Notes: a model not told the origin generated them from the letters alone. A stretch of DNA of 64,000 bases from Hypanus sabinus (GCF_030144855.1 NC_082722.1:38254001-38318000); one strand, 5' to 3'. Shown: positions 49,172 to 62,170, counted from the first letter of the stretch. Program-made: numbers and translations.

Positions 49172-50577
49172 TAATCAGAATCAGGTTTATGTCGTGAAGT
49201 TTGTTAAATTTATAGCAGCAGTACAATGCAATATATGACAAATATAAAAAAAACTGAATTACAGTAAATATATATGTATATTAAAAAGTTAATTAAATAA
49301 GTAGTGCAAAAACAGAAATGACAAAAGGAGTGAGGTAGTGTTCATGGGTTCGATGTCCATTTAGGAATTGGATGGCAGAGGGGAAGAAGCTGTTCCTGAA
49401 TCGCTGAGTGTGTGCCCTCAGGTTTCTGTACCTCCTTCCTTTTGGTAACAATGAAGACAAGGTATGTCCTGGGTGGTGGGAATCGTTACTGATGGACGCT
49501 GCCTACCTAAGGCACCGCTCCTTGAAGATGTTTTGGATACCACGGAGGCTGGTACCCATGCTGGAACTAACTAATCGTACAGGTTTCTGCAACTTACTTC
49601 GATCTTGTACAGAGGCAATCCTCCACACCCTCACATACCAGATGCTGATGTCCATCCAGTCAGAAAGCTCTCTATAGTACATTTGTAGAAGTGTTTGAGT
49701 GTTTTCATTGTCAAACCAAACCTCCTCAGACTCCTAACGAAATACAGCTGATGTCTTGTCTTCTTTAGAGCTTCAAAAATATGTTGGGTGCAGGTTAGAT
49801 CTTCGGCGACATTAACACCCAGGAACTTGAAATTGCATGCTCTCTCCACTTCTGATTCCTGAATGAAGATTGGTTTGTGTTCCTTCATCTTACCCTTTCT
49901 GAAGACTCCAACCAGCTCTTTGGTCTTGCTAACCTTGATTACAAGGTTGTTGCTGCGACACCACTCAACTAACTAGCATATCTCACTTCTGTACACCCTC
50001 GCGTCATCACCTGAAATTCTGCCAACAATGGTTGTATCATCAACAAATTTATAGATGGCATTTGAGCTATGCCTACCCACACAGTGATAGGTGTAGAGAG
50101 AGTAGAGCAGTGGGCTAAGCACACATCCCTGTGGTGTGCCAGTGTTCATTGTCATCGAGGTGGAGATGTTATTTCCAATCTGGACAGATTGTGGTTTGCC
50201 GGTTAGGAAATCAAGGATCCAGTTGCAGATAGTGGTACAGAAGCCTAGGTTCTGTAGCTTTTCAATCAGGTCTGTAGGAATGATGGTATCAAACAACATG
50301 CTGCCATTGGTATTTTTGCATTGTCCAGGTGATCCAAGGCGGTGTAGAGAGCTATTGAGATCACACCTGCTGTAAACCTATTGTGGCAATAGGCAAAATG
50401 TGGTGGGATCGGGTCCTTCCTGAGACAAGTGCTGATGCTAGCCATGAGCAGCCTCTCAAAGCATTTCCTGCCAAAGCTCATGCTGTTCTTCTTGGGCATT
50501 GGTATAATTGTTATCCTTTTGAAACAAGTGGGAACGTCTGACCATAGCAATGCGAGACTGAAAATATCTTTGAAAAC
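49172..50577 (-). mobile_element. Rex/Babar LINE RT and 3' region
   Basis: VPTCFK..TIIP.PKK, KCFERL, FAY..NR.T, WILDFLT.KPQ, GTPQGCVLSPLLYSLYT, YKFVDDTT; tail AATCAGAATCAGGTTTAT on the plus strand. Confidence 0.9.
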
Positions 50578-50819
50578 CCTTTTCTTGGTACTTTATACTC
50601 TCCTTTCTTGAATTTCTTTTGTAGAGTGAATTGAGTCAGGAGAGACAACTTGGCTGACAAATAAGAAGAGGGCCAAGATCAAACTTCACTATAAAGGTGA
50701 ATGCTACTAATTAAAGCTGTAAATTTGGTTAAAATTGCAGAAGTGCAGGATGATGTAAATTTTAATTTCAAATGTCAGGCACAGTTAACTGTTGCATTTG
50801 CTATAAGATGTCAAAGGAC

Positions 50820-50923
50820 CAGAATCAGTTGTAATATCACCGGCAGAAGTTGTGAAGTTTGTTGTCTTTGCAGCAGCAGTACAATGCAATACACAATATT
50901 AGAAAAAAATGTCAATTACAGTT

Positions 50924-51010
<87 letters not shown>

Positions 51011-51270
51011 TAAGTTAAATAAGTAGTGCAAAAATAGAAGTAAAAAAGTAACAACACACTGTTCTTGGGTTCAATGTCCATGCAGAAGTCTGAATGCAGA
51101 GGGAAAAAAGCTGTTTTTAAATCACTGCATATGTGCCTTCAGGATTCTCTACCTCCTTCCTGATGGTAGCAATGAGAACAGGACATAACCTGGGTAATGG
51201 GAGTCCTTAATAATAGATGCTGTTTTTTAAGACATCACTCCTTGAAGATATTTTGGATTTTATGGAGATA
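50820..51270 (-). mobile_element. Rex/Babar 3' end fragment
   Basis: Homologous to 49172-49550. Confidence 0.75.
50931..51008. repeat. (GT)39 microsatellite
   Basis: Direct reading; lies within the Rex 3' UTR. Confidence 0.97.
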
Positions 51271-53455
51271 AAAGGGCAGGTAATTTTCCAAAATAAGAAT
51301 TTTGCAGGAAGCCAAGAACCACAATGCTGATAATTTGAAATTAAATCCAGAAAGTCCTGGAAATTCAGCAAGTTGGGCTGCATCTGTGGGAAGAGAAAAT
51401 TAACAATGAGCCCCTTCTGAATGACACCAAAGTTGCACTATAAACAGGGAAAACATAGAAATTGTTTTGATCCCAATTTGTGTTCATACAGAAGGAAATT
51501 TTTTTTGTGTAACAAATATTAATATCATTTGCATGCCTAATACAGAGAAAACACTAGGTGTGCAATTGCATTAAAAACCAGATGAGCCAGCTGTAATTTT
51601 GCACTGCGGTCAGAAATGATCACGCATGAAGTCTGCTTTGAGTAAAATAAATTTTGCATCAAGTGGTACTTTAAAAAGTTTTGCACGATCCATAACTCCA
51701 GATTGTAAACATTTAAGCTATTTGTTTATAAAACCTCTCTTTCTTTGAAGTCTGCTCTATCAACTGCCATCAAAGGGTGCAGTAATATTTAACCCACTAT
51801 GGAACTTCTTTATTTGATACTTTCAGTGCACACTTATACCAAAAGAAACACATTTATGAAATTGTATTGTCTCAGTCATTTTTGTTTTAAAGCAAAGATC
51901 TAGGATTAGGATATTTATCAAGGCCCTAGGTCTAAAGTCATGTTAATTTTCTCTTCTTCACTAAACTTGCAGCGCGTCAACTCCCTAAGAGTGCATGTAT
52001 CTGATAGAGCAAGCTGGTATATATCACTTCCTTCTGTGTCCTCCACTACAAGTCTCCAAATGTTTTATGTGATATTTCATCCAAAGACCTAACCAATAAT
52101 TGCCAAGAGTACATTGCCAAGGCAAGTTTGAGTTACAAACTGCCTGAAACATAAGCTTTTTGTTGGGAAACATTCCAACCCCCGAAGTTACTGAGACACC
52201 TATCTCCTATTTCAGAATAATATTCACTAATGCACATTTACTGAAAAGCATTTTTGGAACTGTCTTCTGAAAGAAACCGTGCGCATATTTTAGAAGCTGC
52301 AAATTCACTTGAGAAATTGCAGGGACGATTTTGTTCACACAGGATGACTATTTATTCTAACTTGCCTCAACAGACAGTGTGCTTTAAAAAAGATGCAGGA
52401 TATATGTGTGAAGGATGTACTTTGTTTATTAATCCAAATTTAAGCTGTGGTTCTTAATTACTGGCTCCATACTGTATTCATGAAGAGTTTATGTTTGGGA
52501 TAACAAATTAAGTGTTTCCTATAGACTAATTCAAAATAAGACATTTCATAGTAGGAATTTATTAATCAAATTTAATATTATAGATATTTTCAGATATTAT
52601 TGACAAAAACACTTAAGCATATACATGAACCAGCTTTAATATAGTATCACATAACTCCATTTCAAACCCAGCATTTATTCACACTAATAACAAAGTTAGG
52701 AGAATAGAATTATGATACATGACTCTTAGAGCACTTAATTCTGTTCCTGTATGTTATTTGCCATTATAACAAGGTTTCTATTTGGATAGAAAAATGGATA
52801 TTTATTTTCAGCACTATTGTGCTTTGCAAGATTGATAGCTTTAAGTAATGGTTGTCATTTGAAACCCTCAGATGGGAAGATAAATTATCAGCAACTAATT
52901 AAATTCTTCACTAAGAAAGAAAGTTGCTGTAAGCTATTTTCTACCAATTTCTTCATTTGCAGTACAATTAATTACAATAAATCAGATTGAATCCTAGCCA
53001 CTAGACATTTTCAAGCATACGTATTATTGGCCCAGTTCTTAACATATGGATACACATGTTACACCAGATTCCCAGAGGCATCCAAGATAATGCTTGCATG
53101 GAATCTTGTTAAAGTTGGGATATTAGATTTTGTGATTCAGTGCGTTTTTGTTAAATGTACAACTAATTTTCTACAAATGTATATGCACTTATGGTACTCA
53201 TAGTCATTTATGTGGAAAATGTGGTTTTATATTTAAAATAAAAGGAGAGTTATAAAGTCTTTAAAAAGCACAGATTATGATGTTTCCACTGGGTCAGATC
53301 TAATGAATAGATGAATAGTTATGGGAATTGAATCATGAGAATGAGAGTTCAAAAGACAAAGTGATAACGTTAACCCCTTCCCAGCACTGGAATAGTTTGC
53401 CCTTCTCACTAAGTCTATTTTGAATCTGAATTTTAAATGGACTACTTGGTCTATA

Positions 53456-53809
53456 AGTAATGCCCTAGTTCACTTGGTTCATATTTTTTCTCTGTTATGC
53501 TTTTCTGTTCTCCGTGTAAGCTGCTTGTTTGGGTTACTGTTGAAGATGAGAGATAGGAGAAGCGTATGCCATCCAACGGGGATGAACGGATTCTGGGGAG
53601 GTTTCTCTGGTGAGGGACACTAAGATTGTGCTTGGCGCTTTTGAGAGGGGTCAACCCGGAGTGGGGCCAGGATTCAATGAAGTCCGAGGAGATCGAAGGA
53701 GGATCGGCAAAGGGGAAACCGTAAGCTCCAACTTGTGCACATTAGACCATTTCATTCAAATGGACCCTTTCCTTTTTGTGCTTTTTCTTTACTAACCCAC
53801 AGTGTTACA
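53456..53809 (+). mobile_element. Shortened solo LTR related to the PNMA-gag element LTR
   Basis: Starts AGTAATGCCCTAGTT (element LTR start: TGTAATGCCCTGGTT), ends GTTACA; 4-bp TSD TATA (53452-53455 / 53810-53813). Confidence 0.7.
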
Positions 53810-53914
53810 TATACATAATGCACAATGTTCCAGTACAGCCTATATTATGTCCAACATCAATGTAATTTTGTAGTAGCAAGTAAGTATTAATTAAAAATGG
53901 TTTACTATTATGTA

Positions 53915-54127
53915 CATGCAGCTCTATTACAGTGCCAATGACCCAGGTTCAGTTCCACTGTTTGTGTAAGGAGTTTGTACATTCTCCCCATGACCATATG
54001 AGCTTATTCCAGGTAGTCTAGTTTCCTCCCACATTCCAAAGATGTACAGGTTACTAGGTTAATTGGTCATGAGGGGGTAATTAGGTGGACCAAACTTGTT
54101 AGTTTGCAGTATCTCTAAGTAACTAAA
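53915..54127 (+). mobile_element. V-SINE (HE1-like)
   Basis: B-box-like GGTTCAGTTCC followed by V-domain GTTTCCTCCCACATTCCAAAGATGT. Confidence 0.75.
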
Positions 54128-54970
54128 TACACTTTCAGCAAATGATTCATATTAAGCCCATTACCCATCAAAAGCATGTAACATTTCCTAGAGTAAGAGG
54201 AGATATCAGAAAACCATTACCAAGGAGGAACAGATTTAATGTTTTAAATCTATCTATTTAGATTTATCTTTGTAGAGTTAAAGATCTGGAAATGCTTAGA
54301 TCTGTGCTGGTTAAAAGTGATACAGTGCCAGAGAAAGGCAAAGGGACAAGGAAGGTTTTTGCTTGGGTGCAAGGTAGGAGAAGCTAAGGGAGATTCAAGA
54401 CAAAAGAGGGGTGGGGATATTGGGTCAAGTAAAGAAACAAAAGATTGGTGCAGAGTTGCTGCAAATGGTAACATCATGTCTATCAAATAATTTGCTTATC
54501 CAGTCTGACACCATCAGGTATTGCTTCTTGGCAGCTAAAGCAGGCAGCCATGAGAGTTTCTTTCTCCCCCAGTGCCAGGACTAATATTGGAATTTTGGCA
54601 TATGTCCTTGCATCTCATTTGCTCCCAACCCCTGCTTCAGTTTTCACTGTTCCAATTAGCTGAGTGGGCTCTACTCTGTAATCTGAGCACAGAAAACTCA
54701 GGAAGAACACCTCAGTGCCATGGGTGTTGGTGGATTTGAAGATGTTGCAGAATATAATAGAATTCATTAAAGAACAGGCACTCAGTGGCCACTTTATCAC
54801 GTCCATCTCATTAATGCAAATATCTAATCAGCCAATCATGTGACAGCAACTCAACACAGAAAAGTATGCAGACATGGTCAAGAGGTTTCAATGTTGTTTG
54901 GACGCACCAAAGATCAGAAAGGGGAAGAAGTGTGACCTAAGTGTCTTTGGCCATGGAATAGTTGGTGCCT

Positions 54971-57856
54971 TTGAATGATTAAAAAAAACAGTTGTTCCTC
55001 AAATTTGATGGACCCCAGATGGCAGGCTCGGGTCGTGAGTGAAGCTAAGAAAAAGGAAATGCAGGAAGTGTGCTGGGCTGCAAGTAAGATTGAAGTGCAG
55101 AAACCTTAGACCCCTCCTCAACTCCTTAACATCCCGCTGACAAATCTACAGCCACAGGAAACTAAAAGCTGAAGACCTCAGAGCAAGAATACAGTACCAG
55201 AGGGATATCAGGGACTGCTGTGGTCTTTGCTTCATAGAAACATGGGCGCTCACCCCCATTATTTCAGAGGCAGCGCTGCAGCATGAAGACTTCTCCATCC
55301 ACTGCAAGGTCAAGACAACGGAAGCTCTTAAAGGTAAAGGAGGCAGAGTGTGTTCATGATTAACTCGTGGTGGCGTACAGGTGTGGTGGCTCGGTCTCAG
55401 TCCTGCTCACTGAAACTGGAATATCTAGCGGTCAAGTGCCGTCCACTTTACCTGCCGAGGGAGTTTACCGCTGTCATACTGGTAGTGGTGTACATTCTAC
55501 CCTGGGCACTGTCAAGTAGACCTTGGGGGAACTGAGCACCATGATCAGCAGTCAGAAAGCAGCTCAACCTGATGCCTTCCTAATCATTTCAGACAAGCCA
55601 ACTTGAAGGAGTCTCTAACCAATTATCACCTGTGGAACCAGAGGAGCCAACACACTTGAACACCATTACACCACCATCTAAAACACTTACCGTGCCATCC
55701 CAATGTGCCCACTTTGGAAGGTCCAGTCACCTGGCTATCCTTCTACTTCCAGTATACAGCAGAGATTGAATGCTGCAGCAGTGGTGAAGACCACAAAGGT
55801 ATGGCCAAGAGGGGGTGGAAAAACAATTACAGATCAGCTTTGAATTGGTGGACCAGACAATATTCAGAGATTCATCTTCAAATCTGAATGACTTCATCAA
55901 GACGTATGTGGATGAGTGTGTGCCTTCAAGGACATACCCAAACCAAAAGCAGTGGATGAACCAGGAGATTCTGAGCCTGCTGAGGGCTAGATCTGTGCTA
56001 TTCAAGACTGGTGATCAAGAAATATACAAGAAGTCCAGGTACAGCTTACAGAAGGCTATTTTAAGTGCAAAAAAAGCAATTCCAATTGAAGTTAGAGATG
56101 GAATCGAATGCAAATCAGCTCTGGCAGGTGTTTAAGGGCATTACTTTCTAGAAGGTGAAGGTTAACTTCATGAATGGTTGTGCTGCTTTACTCTCAGATG
56201 ATCTTAACGTCTTTTATGCATGCTTTGAAAGGGAGAATAAAATTCCATTTGTGCAATTCCCTGCAGCATCTAGTAACCCAGGGCTGAAGACAGAATATCT
56301 TTCGAGAAGGTGAACCCTCGCAAAGCGTCAGACCCTGATGATGTACCTGTTAGGGCACTGAAAATCTGTGCCAACAAACTGGGGAGCTGTACGAGGATAT
56401 CTTCAATCTTTCTTGCTGTTGCAGGGAGAAGTTCATACCTGCTTCATAAGTGCAACAATCATACTACTGCCAAGAGCAGGATGAGCTTCACAAAAATACA
56501 GCTGCAGATGCTCAATGACTATCACCCATTTGCACTCACATCCACTGTAATGAAGTGCTTAGAGAGGTTGTCAGGGCCAGAATCAACTCCTGCCAAAGCA
56601 ATGACCTGGATACACTACAATTTCCCTATTGCCATGATAGGTCTACAGCAGATGCAAGTTTACTGGCTCTTCACTTGGCCTTGGACCACCCGGACCATAG
56701 TAATACCTACATCAGGCTGCTGCTCGTTAATTACAGCTCAATGTTCAACATCATCATACCCTCAGTACTAATCAACAAGATCAAAAACCTGGGCTTAGTG
56801 CCCCCCTCCGCAACTGGATCCTTGACTTCCTCATTGGGAGACCACAGTCAGAAATAACATCTTCTCCTTGCTGACAATCAACACTGGTGCACCTTAATGA
56901 TGCATGCTTGGCACACTGCTCTACTCTCCCTACATCCATGACTGTGTGGCTAGGCACAGTACAAACATCATCTATCAATTTGCCGATGACACAAACATCA
57001 TTGGCAGAATTTCAGATGGTGACGAGGAGGCGTACAGGAGCGAGATAGGTCAGCCAATAGAACAATGTCCCAACTACAACCTTGCAATCAACATCAATAA
57101 GGCCAGGGAACTAATTGTAGACTTCAAGAAGGGGAAGTCGAGGAAACAGCAAGTCATCAATGCGGGATCAACAGTGAAAAAAGAGCTGTTTCAAATTCCC
57201 AGGTATCAACATCTCTGAAGATCTATCCTGGGGCCAACATACTGATGCAATTACAAAGAAGTCATGACAGCAGTTATATTTCATTAGGAGTTTGAGGAGA
57301 ACTGATATGTTACCAATGTCTCTAGCAAATTTCTACAGACGTACCATGGAGAGCATTCTAACTGGTTGCATCATCATTGAGTGTGGAGGGGCCACTGCAC
57401 AGGGTCAGAAAATGCTGCAGAAAGTTACAAATTCAGCCAACTCCATCGTGGGCACAAGCCTGCCCAGCATCCATGACTTCTTCAAAAGGTGGCATCCATC
57501 ATTAAGGGCCTCCATCGCATGATCACATGCTCTCTTCTCATTGCTACCATCAATGAGATGGTACAGCAGCCAGAAATCACTCAACGTTTTAGGAATAGCT
57601 TCTTCCCCTCCACCATCAGGTTTCCGAATGGACAATGAATCCATTTACACCACCTTATTTCTTGTTCTCCTTTTTGCACTAATTTAATTTACTTAAAAAT
57701 ATATATGCAGTTAATTAATTTATACACATAGGTACACACATATTTCCTAATGTAATTTATAGTATTTTATATTATGTATTGCAATGCACTGCTGCCGCAC
57801 AACAACAAATTTCATGGCATATGTCAGTGATATTAAACCTGACTCTGATTCTGATT
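54971..57856 (+). mobile_element. Near full-length decayed Rex/Babar LINE (APE plus RT)
   Basis: CF.ETW, FMINSWW, LEYLAVKCRP.YLPREFT (APE); YPNQKQWMN; NPRKA..PD.VP; NDYHPFALTSTVMKCLERL; YQFADDT; tail ATTAAACCTGACTCTGATTCTGATT. Confidence 0.9.
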
Positions 57857-57918
57857 ACAACATACAGAAAATGCTGGTGGAACACAGCAGGCCAGGCAGC
57901 ATCTATAAGGAGAAGCAC

Positions 57919-57953
57919 TGTCGACGTTTCAGCCGAGACCCTTCGTCAGGACT
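57919..57953 (-). ncRNA. Minimal hammerhead ribozyme motif, left arm (stem II damaged)
   Basis: Minus strand AGTC CTGACGA AGGGTCTCGGCT GAAA CG TC^GACA. Confidence 0.65.
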
Positions 57954-58229
57954 AACTGAAAGGAAAGATAGTAAGAAATTTGAAAGTAGTGGGGGGAGGG
58001 GGAAATGCAAAATGATAGGAGAAGACCAGAAAGTGGGGGGGGGGGGCGAAATGAAGCTAAGAGCTGGAAAAGTGATTGGTGAAAGTGATACAGAGCTGGA
58101 GAAGGGAAAGGATCATGGGACAGGAGGCCTCGGGAGAAAGAAAGGGGGGGTGGGAAGCACCAGAGGGAGATGGAGAACAGACAAACAACTAAATATGTCA
58201 GGGATGGGGTAAGAAGGGGAGGAGGGGCG

Positions 58230-58415
58230 TTAATGAAAGTTAGAGAAGTTAATGTTCATGCCATCAGGTTGGAGGCTACCCAGCCGATATATAAGGTGTT
58301 GTTCCTCCAACCTGAGTTTGGATTCATTTTGACAGCAGAGGAGAGCATGGATAGACATATCAGAATGGGAATGGGACGTAGAATTAAGATGTGTGGCCAC
58401 TGGGAGATCCTGCTC
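58230..58415 (-). pseudogene. C-terminus of PLE GIY-YIG endonuclease
   Basis: DLPVATHLNSTSHSHSDMSIHALLCCQNESKLRLEEQHLIYRLGSLQPDGMNINFSNFH*, the PVA.HF ... E..I..L....P.G.N ending typical of Penelope/Neptune endonucleases. Confidence 0.85.
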
Positions 58416-58622
58416 TCTCTGGCTCCCCCCCCCCCACCCCACTTTCTTTCTCCCACGGCCTCCCGTCCCATGATCCTTTCCCTTCTCCAGCTCGGTATCA
58501 CTTTCACCAATCACCTTTCTAGCTCTTAGCTTCATCCCATCCCTTCCGGTCTTCTCCTATCATTTTGCATTTCCTCCTCCCCCCCACTACTTTCAAATCT
58601 CTTACTATCTTTCCTTTCCGTT

Positions 58623-58658
58623 AGTTCTGACGAAGGGTCTCGGCCCGAAACGTCGACA
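58623..58658 (+). ncRNA. Minimal hammerhead ribozyme motif, right arm
   Basis: AGTT CTGACGA A GGGT-CTCG-GCCC GAAA CG TC^GACA: intact core, stem II, palindromic ACGT helix III. Confidence 0.75.
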
Positions 58659-59783
58659 AAGCTTCTCCTTATAGATGCTGCCTGGCCTGCTGTGTTCCAC
58701 CGGCAGTTTGTGTGTGTTGTTGTTGTTTGAATTTCCAGCATCTGCAGATTTCCTTGTGTTTCCTCTGATTCTGATTCTAGTTCTGGTACCAGGTGGATGG
58801 TTTGAGCATTTCTGAGACTGCTGACCTCCAAGGGTTTTCATGCACAATGGCTTCTAGAATTTACAAAGAATGGCACGATAAACAAAATAAAATCCAGTGA
58901 GTAGTAGTTCTGTAGGCAAAGAAATGCCCCTGATAATGAGAGAGGTTTGAGGAGATGGCCAGATTGATTCAAGCTGACAGGAAGTCAACAGACCTTACAA
59001 CAGTGGTGGGCAGAAGAGCATCTCTGCATGCAAACATACTGGATTTTGAAGTGGATGAGTTACAAAAGAGGAAGACCATGAACATGCACCTTATTAGATA
59101 TAGAAGGTACCTAATAAAGTGGTCACTGAGTGTATATACAGGTACATGACAGGTTAACGTAAGTGGACTAGGTTCTGAAATACTGCAAACCAGCATACAA
59201 ATGTATTTTCTTTTCATTTTCCTGTTGTTGTTCAACATTAATATAATATGGCACTGTACATTTACCCACTCCCTTAATGAATGTTTACTTTTTAGTCTTT
59301 TGTTTTCCCCTCACAATTTGCCATGAATTCTAATCTGATGCAGTCAAAACATGTTGATATAATTCCTTGAGAACAATGTTGTATCATCTGCAAAATGTTA
59401 CTTTTATCAAACTGAGAACTGTTTACTCAGTTCTTGGTATCTGTTCTTAATCCCTCTCTTGGGCTGATGCTATCATATTACCTTCAGAAAATAAACCTTT
59501 AACATTCACAATGTTGTTTACAAGGCACTTCATCAAATCCAGAATTCCTGAGTTTCGGCATTTGTGCCATTGCAGCATTGGAACTTTACTAGGTGGAAAT
59601 ATAATTACCACTGCAGTTCAGTAAGTTTAAAAATAATTGTGCAGTGGAAGAAAGACCCAGGAAACTCAGGAGGCAAACGTATTACATCCACTGCAGGCTG
59701 GGAAAGTAGCTTAATTATCACTTAATTACCCTTCGACCATGGTTTGTGATCATATTCTCAGAAAAACAAATACTTTTTTCTGT

Positions 59784-59920
59784 CGACATTTCGTTACGAA
59801 GGGTCTCGGCCCGAAATGTCGACAATCCTTCTCCTTATAGATGCTGCCTGGCCTGCTGTGTTCCACCAGCATCTTGTGTGTGTTGTTTGAATTTCCAGTA
59901 TCTGCAGATTTCCTCGTGTT
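59784..59920 (+). mobile_element. 137-bp mini PLE insertion with inverted 5' end
   Basis: Exact 13-bp TSD TACTTTTTTCTGT (59771-59783 / 59921-59933). The body nearly matches 58630-58760. 59781-59793 is the reverse complement of 59812-59824. Confidence 0.88.
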
Positions 59921-61939
59921 TACTTTTTTCTGTGTTCATTTGCCAGGGCTGGAGGATAAGAGTAAATCGGGATGCACAGATGAGAAAATGGCCAGATTTC
60001 CGTGTAGAGGACTCTGAAGGTTCTGTGATGGATATTCACTGTCCAGGGCCCAGGGGGCCTTTATACCAAGTTCAGCTTTCTAACATAGCAGCTGACTACT
60101 AGGCATTGAAGAGTCTTTCTTGAGCAAGTTAAACTGCCAACCAATATTCGTTACTCAGCTTCCTGTCGTAAACAAGAACGAGTCTTCAGATACTGATGTC
60201 AATTGCAAGCTAGAATCAATTTGAAGTTAAAAGAACAGTTATGTAAAGAAACAACACAGCCTAACAAGCACAGGCTGCTGGCCAATAGCACAGGGTTGGC
60301 TGCTCCAGAGTGGCAGTGTACAACAATGGGGTTATGTCAATTGGCCCTGCATCAAACACTGGGTAAGTTATTTATTTTAAGGATGCTTGCAGACCAGATT
60401 GAAACTATTGATACATTAAATATTTGGAGACTTGCACACTTAGAGAGTCAGTCTTCACAGCATTAGTTTTGAGTGTCTGGGATTTCTGTCCCCATAAGCT
60501 TTTAGACCATCTGTGTAAAAAGGTGCCTGAAAAAGTATGTGAAGTCACCCAAGTATTAACAGTATAAAACAGTATAAATGTAAGAGGGCAGTCAGGTTTG
60601 TCAGGAATGGTCAAGAAATGACAAGAAGAATGATGGAAAGACAGGGTGATTAAAATCCATTCCTCTGCCTTCTATTTCTGCATTGGACGACTCATTCACG
60701 GGCAACTCATTTTAACATCTTTTTAACTTATAGGAATTCTACCTGTGTTTTGGAAATCCTTTGTGATTTAGACATAATTTGTAATTTAGAAAACTTTTAT
60801 CATATAAAAGTTTTCTGAGTTTTAAATACGTTTTTAAGAACATCATCTAAATTTAAATGTGTGTAGCTAAAAATAACTGAACTGTTTTTAAACTACCTTG
60901 TTAGCTGGAAGTATGTCCTCCATGGTAGAGAGTGGGAATCCACCACTTAAATAGTAGGTATTAGCAGCCAAATTCACCATAGATTATAAACAGGGAAGTG
61001 ATCTAGTCTTTGAAAAATGGGCAGTTACAGTATAACCTCTCTTTAGTGAGGGTACCCATAGCTTTCTATAGTTGGATACAGCTTAAGATCTCTTTTAGGT
61101 TCAGAACTAATCAGAAAGAAAATCTAATGCCATCACTGTTCCTACCCTTTAATGTTTCTTACTGGCAGTTACTGCTTTCATTTCTTATCATCTTACCTGT
61201 AATGCTTTCTTTTGCCTTTCATGACCTGGCCAGCATATTAACCAATCACATTCCTGATTAATAAATACATTTTCCTCTCTTCAAGCTCTAACCCAAACAA
61301 TGAGCTTTCCTTAACTTAATATCTCTGGAAGTAATTTTAAGTGGGGACAATAATATAAATCTCACAATACAAGTTCAGACATTTGTTAAATATTTAATTT
61401 CCACAGAAATCTGGAATTAAAAAGCAGCTTTAGTCAGAGACCACGAAGCTGCTAGGTTGTTATAAAAATATAATTAATTTCTCACTATTCTTCAGAAAGC
61501 CTTGTTATTCATACCCAATCTTTGCACATGACTCCTGTCTCATATTCCCATGGTGGCCACAGTTGTGCTGAGCTGGTATTGCTCTTGCCTCAGTGGGTTC
61601 TCTTCCTTGTGCGTTTAACAGTTGAGATTATTTTTAGAAGTTAGCAACCCTGTGGCATTATTTTGGGAATGATCAAGACAGTTAGGCCTGAGTATGCAGG
61701 TTACTATCTGTTTCTTAGTCAGTCAACCTAATACAGATAATTTGGGCACCATTACTGTCATCGGCTGTTAAGTGCTTCAATACAGTCACAAAATTTGTGC
61801 CTCGTGTGGCTTATGCCTTCTTTAAGTGGGCTATGCAATGAAGGTCTTATCACTTCCTTATTTATTGACTTAACCGTGTGGTGCTGTAGCTCTCTGATTT
61901 AGAAATTGCCAGATCCATGTCATATTTCAGACACATTTT

Positions 61940-62170
61940 TTAGTGGCGGAGCACAATAACAGGCCCTTCTAGCCTAGCAAACCTACTCCGCCCAATCATA
62001 CTCATGTGACTAATTAACTCACCAACCCTGTACCTATGGAATGTAGGTGGAAACCAAAGGGCCCAGAGGAAATCCACAGAGCCACAGGGAGAACATAGAG
62101 CTACAGGAATTGAACCTGGGGTCACTGGCACTGTAATAACATTACGCTTACCACTACACTACTGTGCCGT
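61940..62170 (-). mobile_element. tRNA-derived V-SINE (HE1-like)
   Basis: Minus strand: A-box-like TAGTGTAGTGG, B-box GGTTCAATTCC, V-domain GGATTTCCTCTGGGCCCTTTGGTTTCCACCTACATTCC. Confidence 0.78.

Larger units (their letters stand above)
57857..58762. mobile_element. Penelope-like (Neptune-type) element remnant with inverted pseudo-LTRs
   Basis: ~300-bp inverted arms (57857-~58160 and ~58420-58722, plus a ~40-nt tail to 58762); GIY-YIG C-terminus in the spacer; exact 14-bp flanking duplication CTCTGATTCTGATT (57843-57856 / 58763-58776). Confidence 0.9.
54779..59132 (+). mobile_element. Tc1-like non-autonomous transposon (arms ~54779-54970 and ~58783-59132) split by a Rex insertion
   Basis: TIRs CACTCAGTGGCCACTTTAT / ATAAAGTGGTCACTGAGTG|TA; Tc1 N-terminal remnant GLSISETADL.GFS.T..SR.YKEW at ~58800-58875. 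Confidence 0.82.

Noticed and set aside
50701-51018. ORF ending in poly(CV)
   Set aside because: Read-through of the (GT)39 microsatellite.
57784-58212. 142-aa Gly/Lys-rich ORF, mirrored at 58532-58847
   Set aside because: Antisense reading of the pyrimidine-rich PLE pseudo-LTR; the mirror copy reflects the inverted repeat.
62100-62170. A-box/B-box pair as a tRNA gene
   Set aside because: It is the tRNA-derived head of a V-SINE; no cloverleaf is evident.
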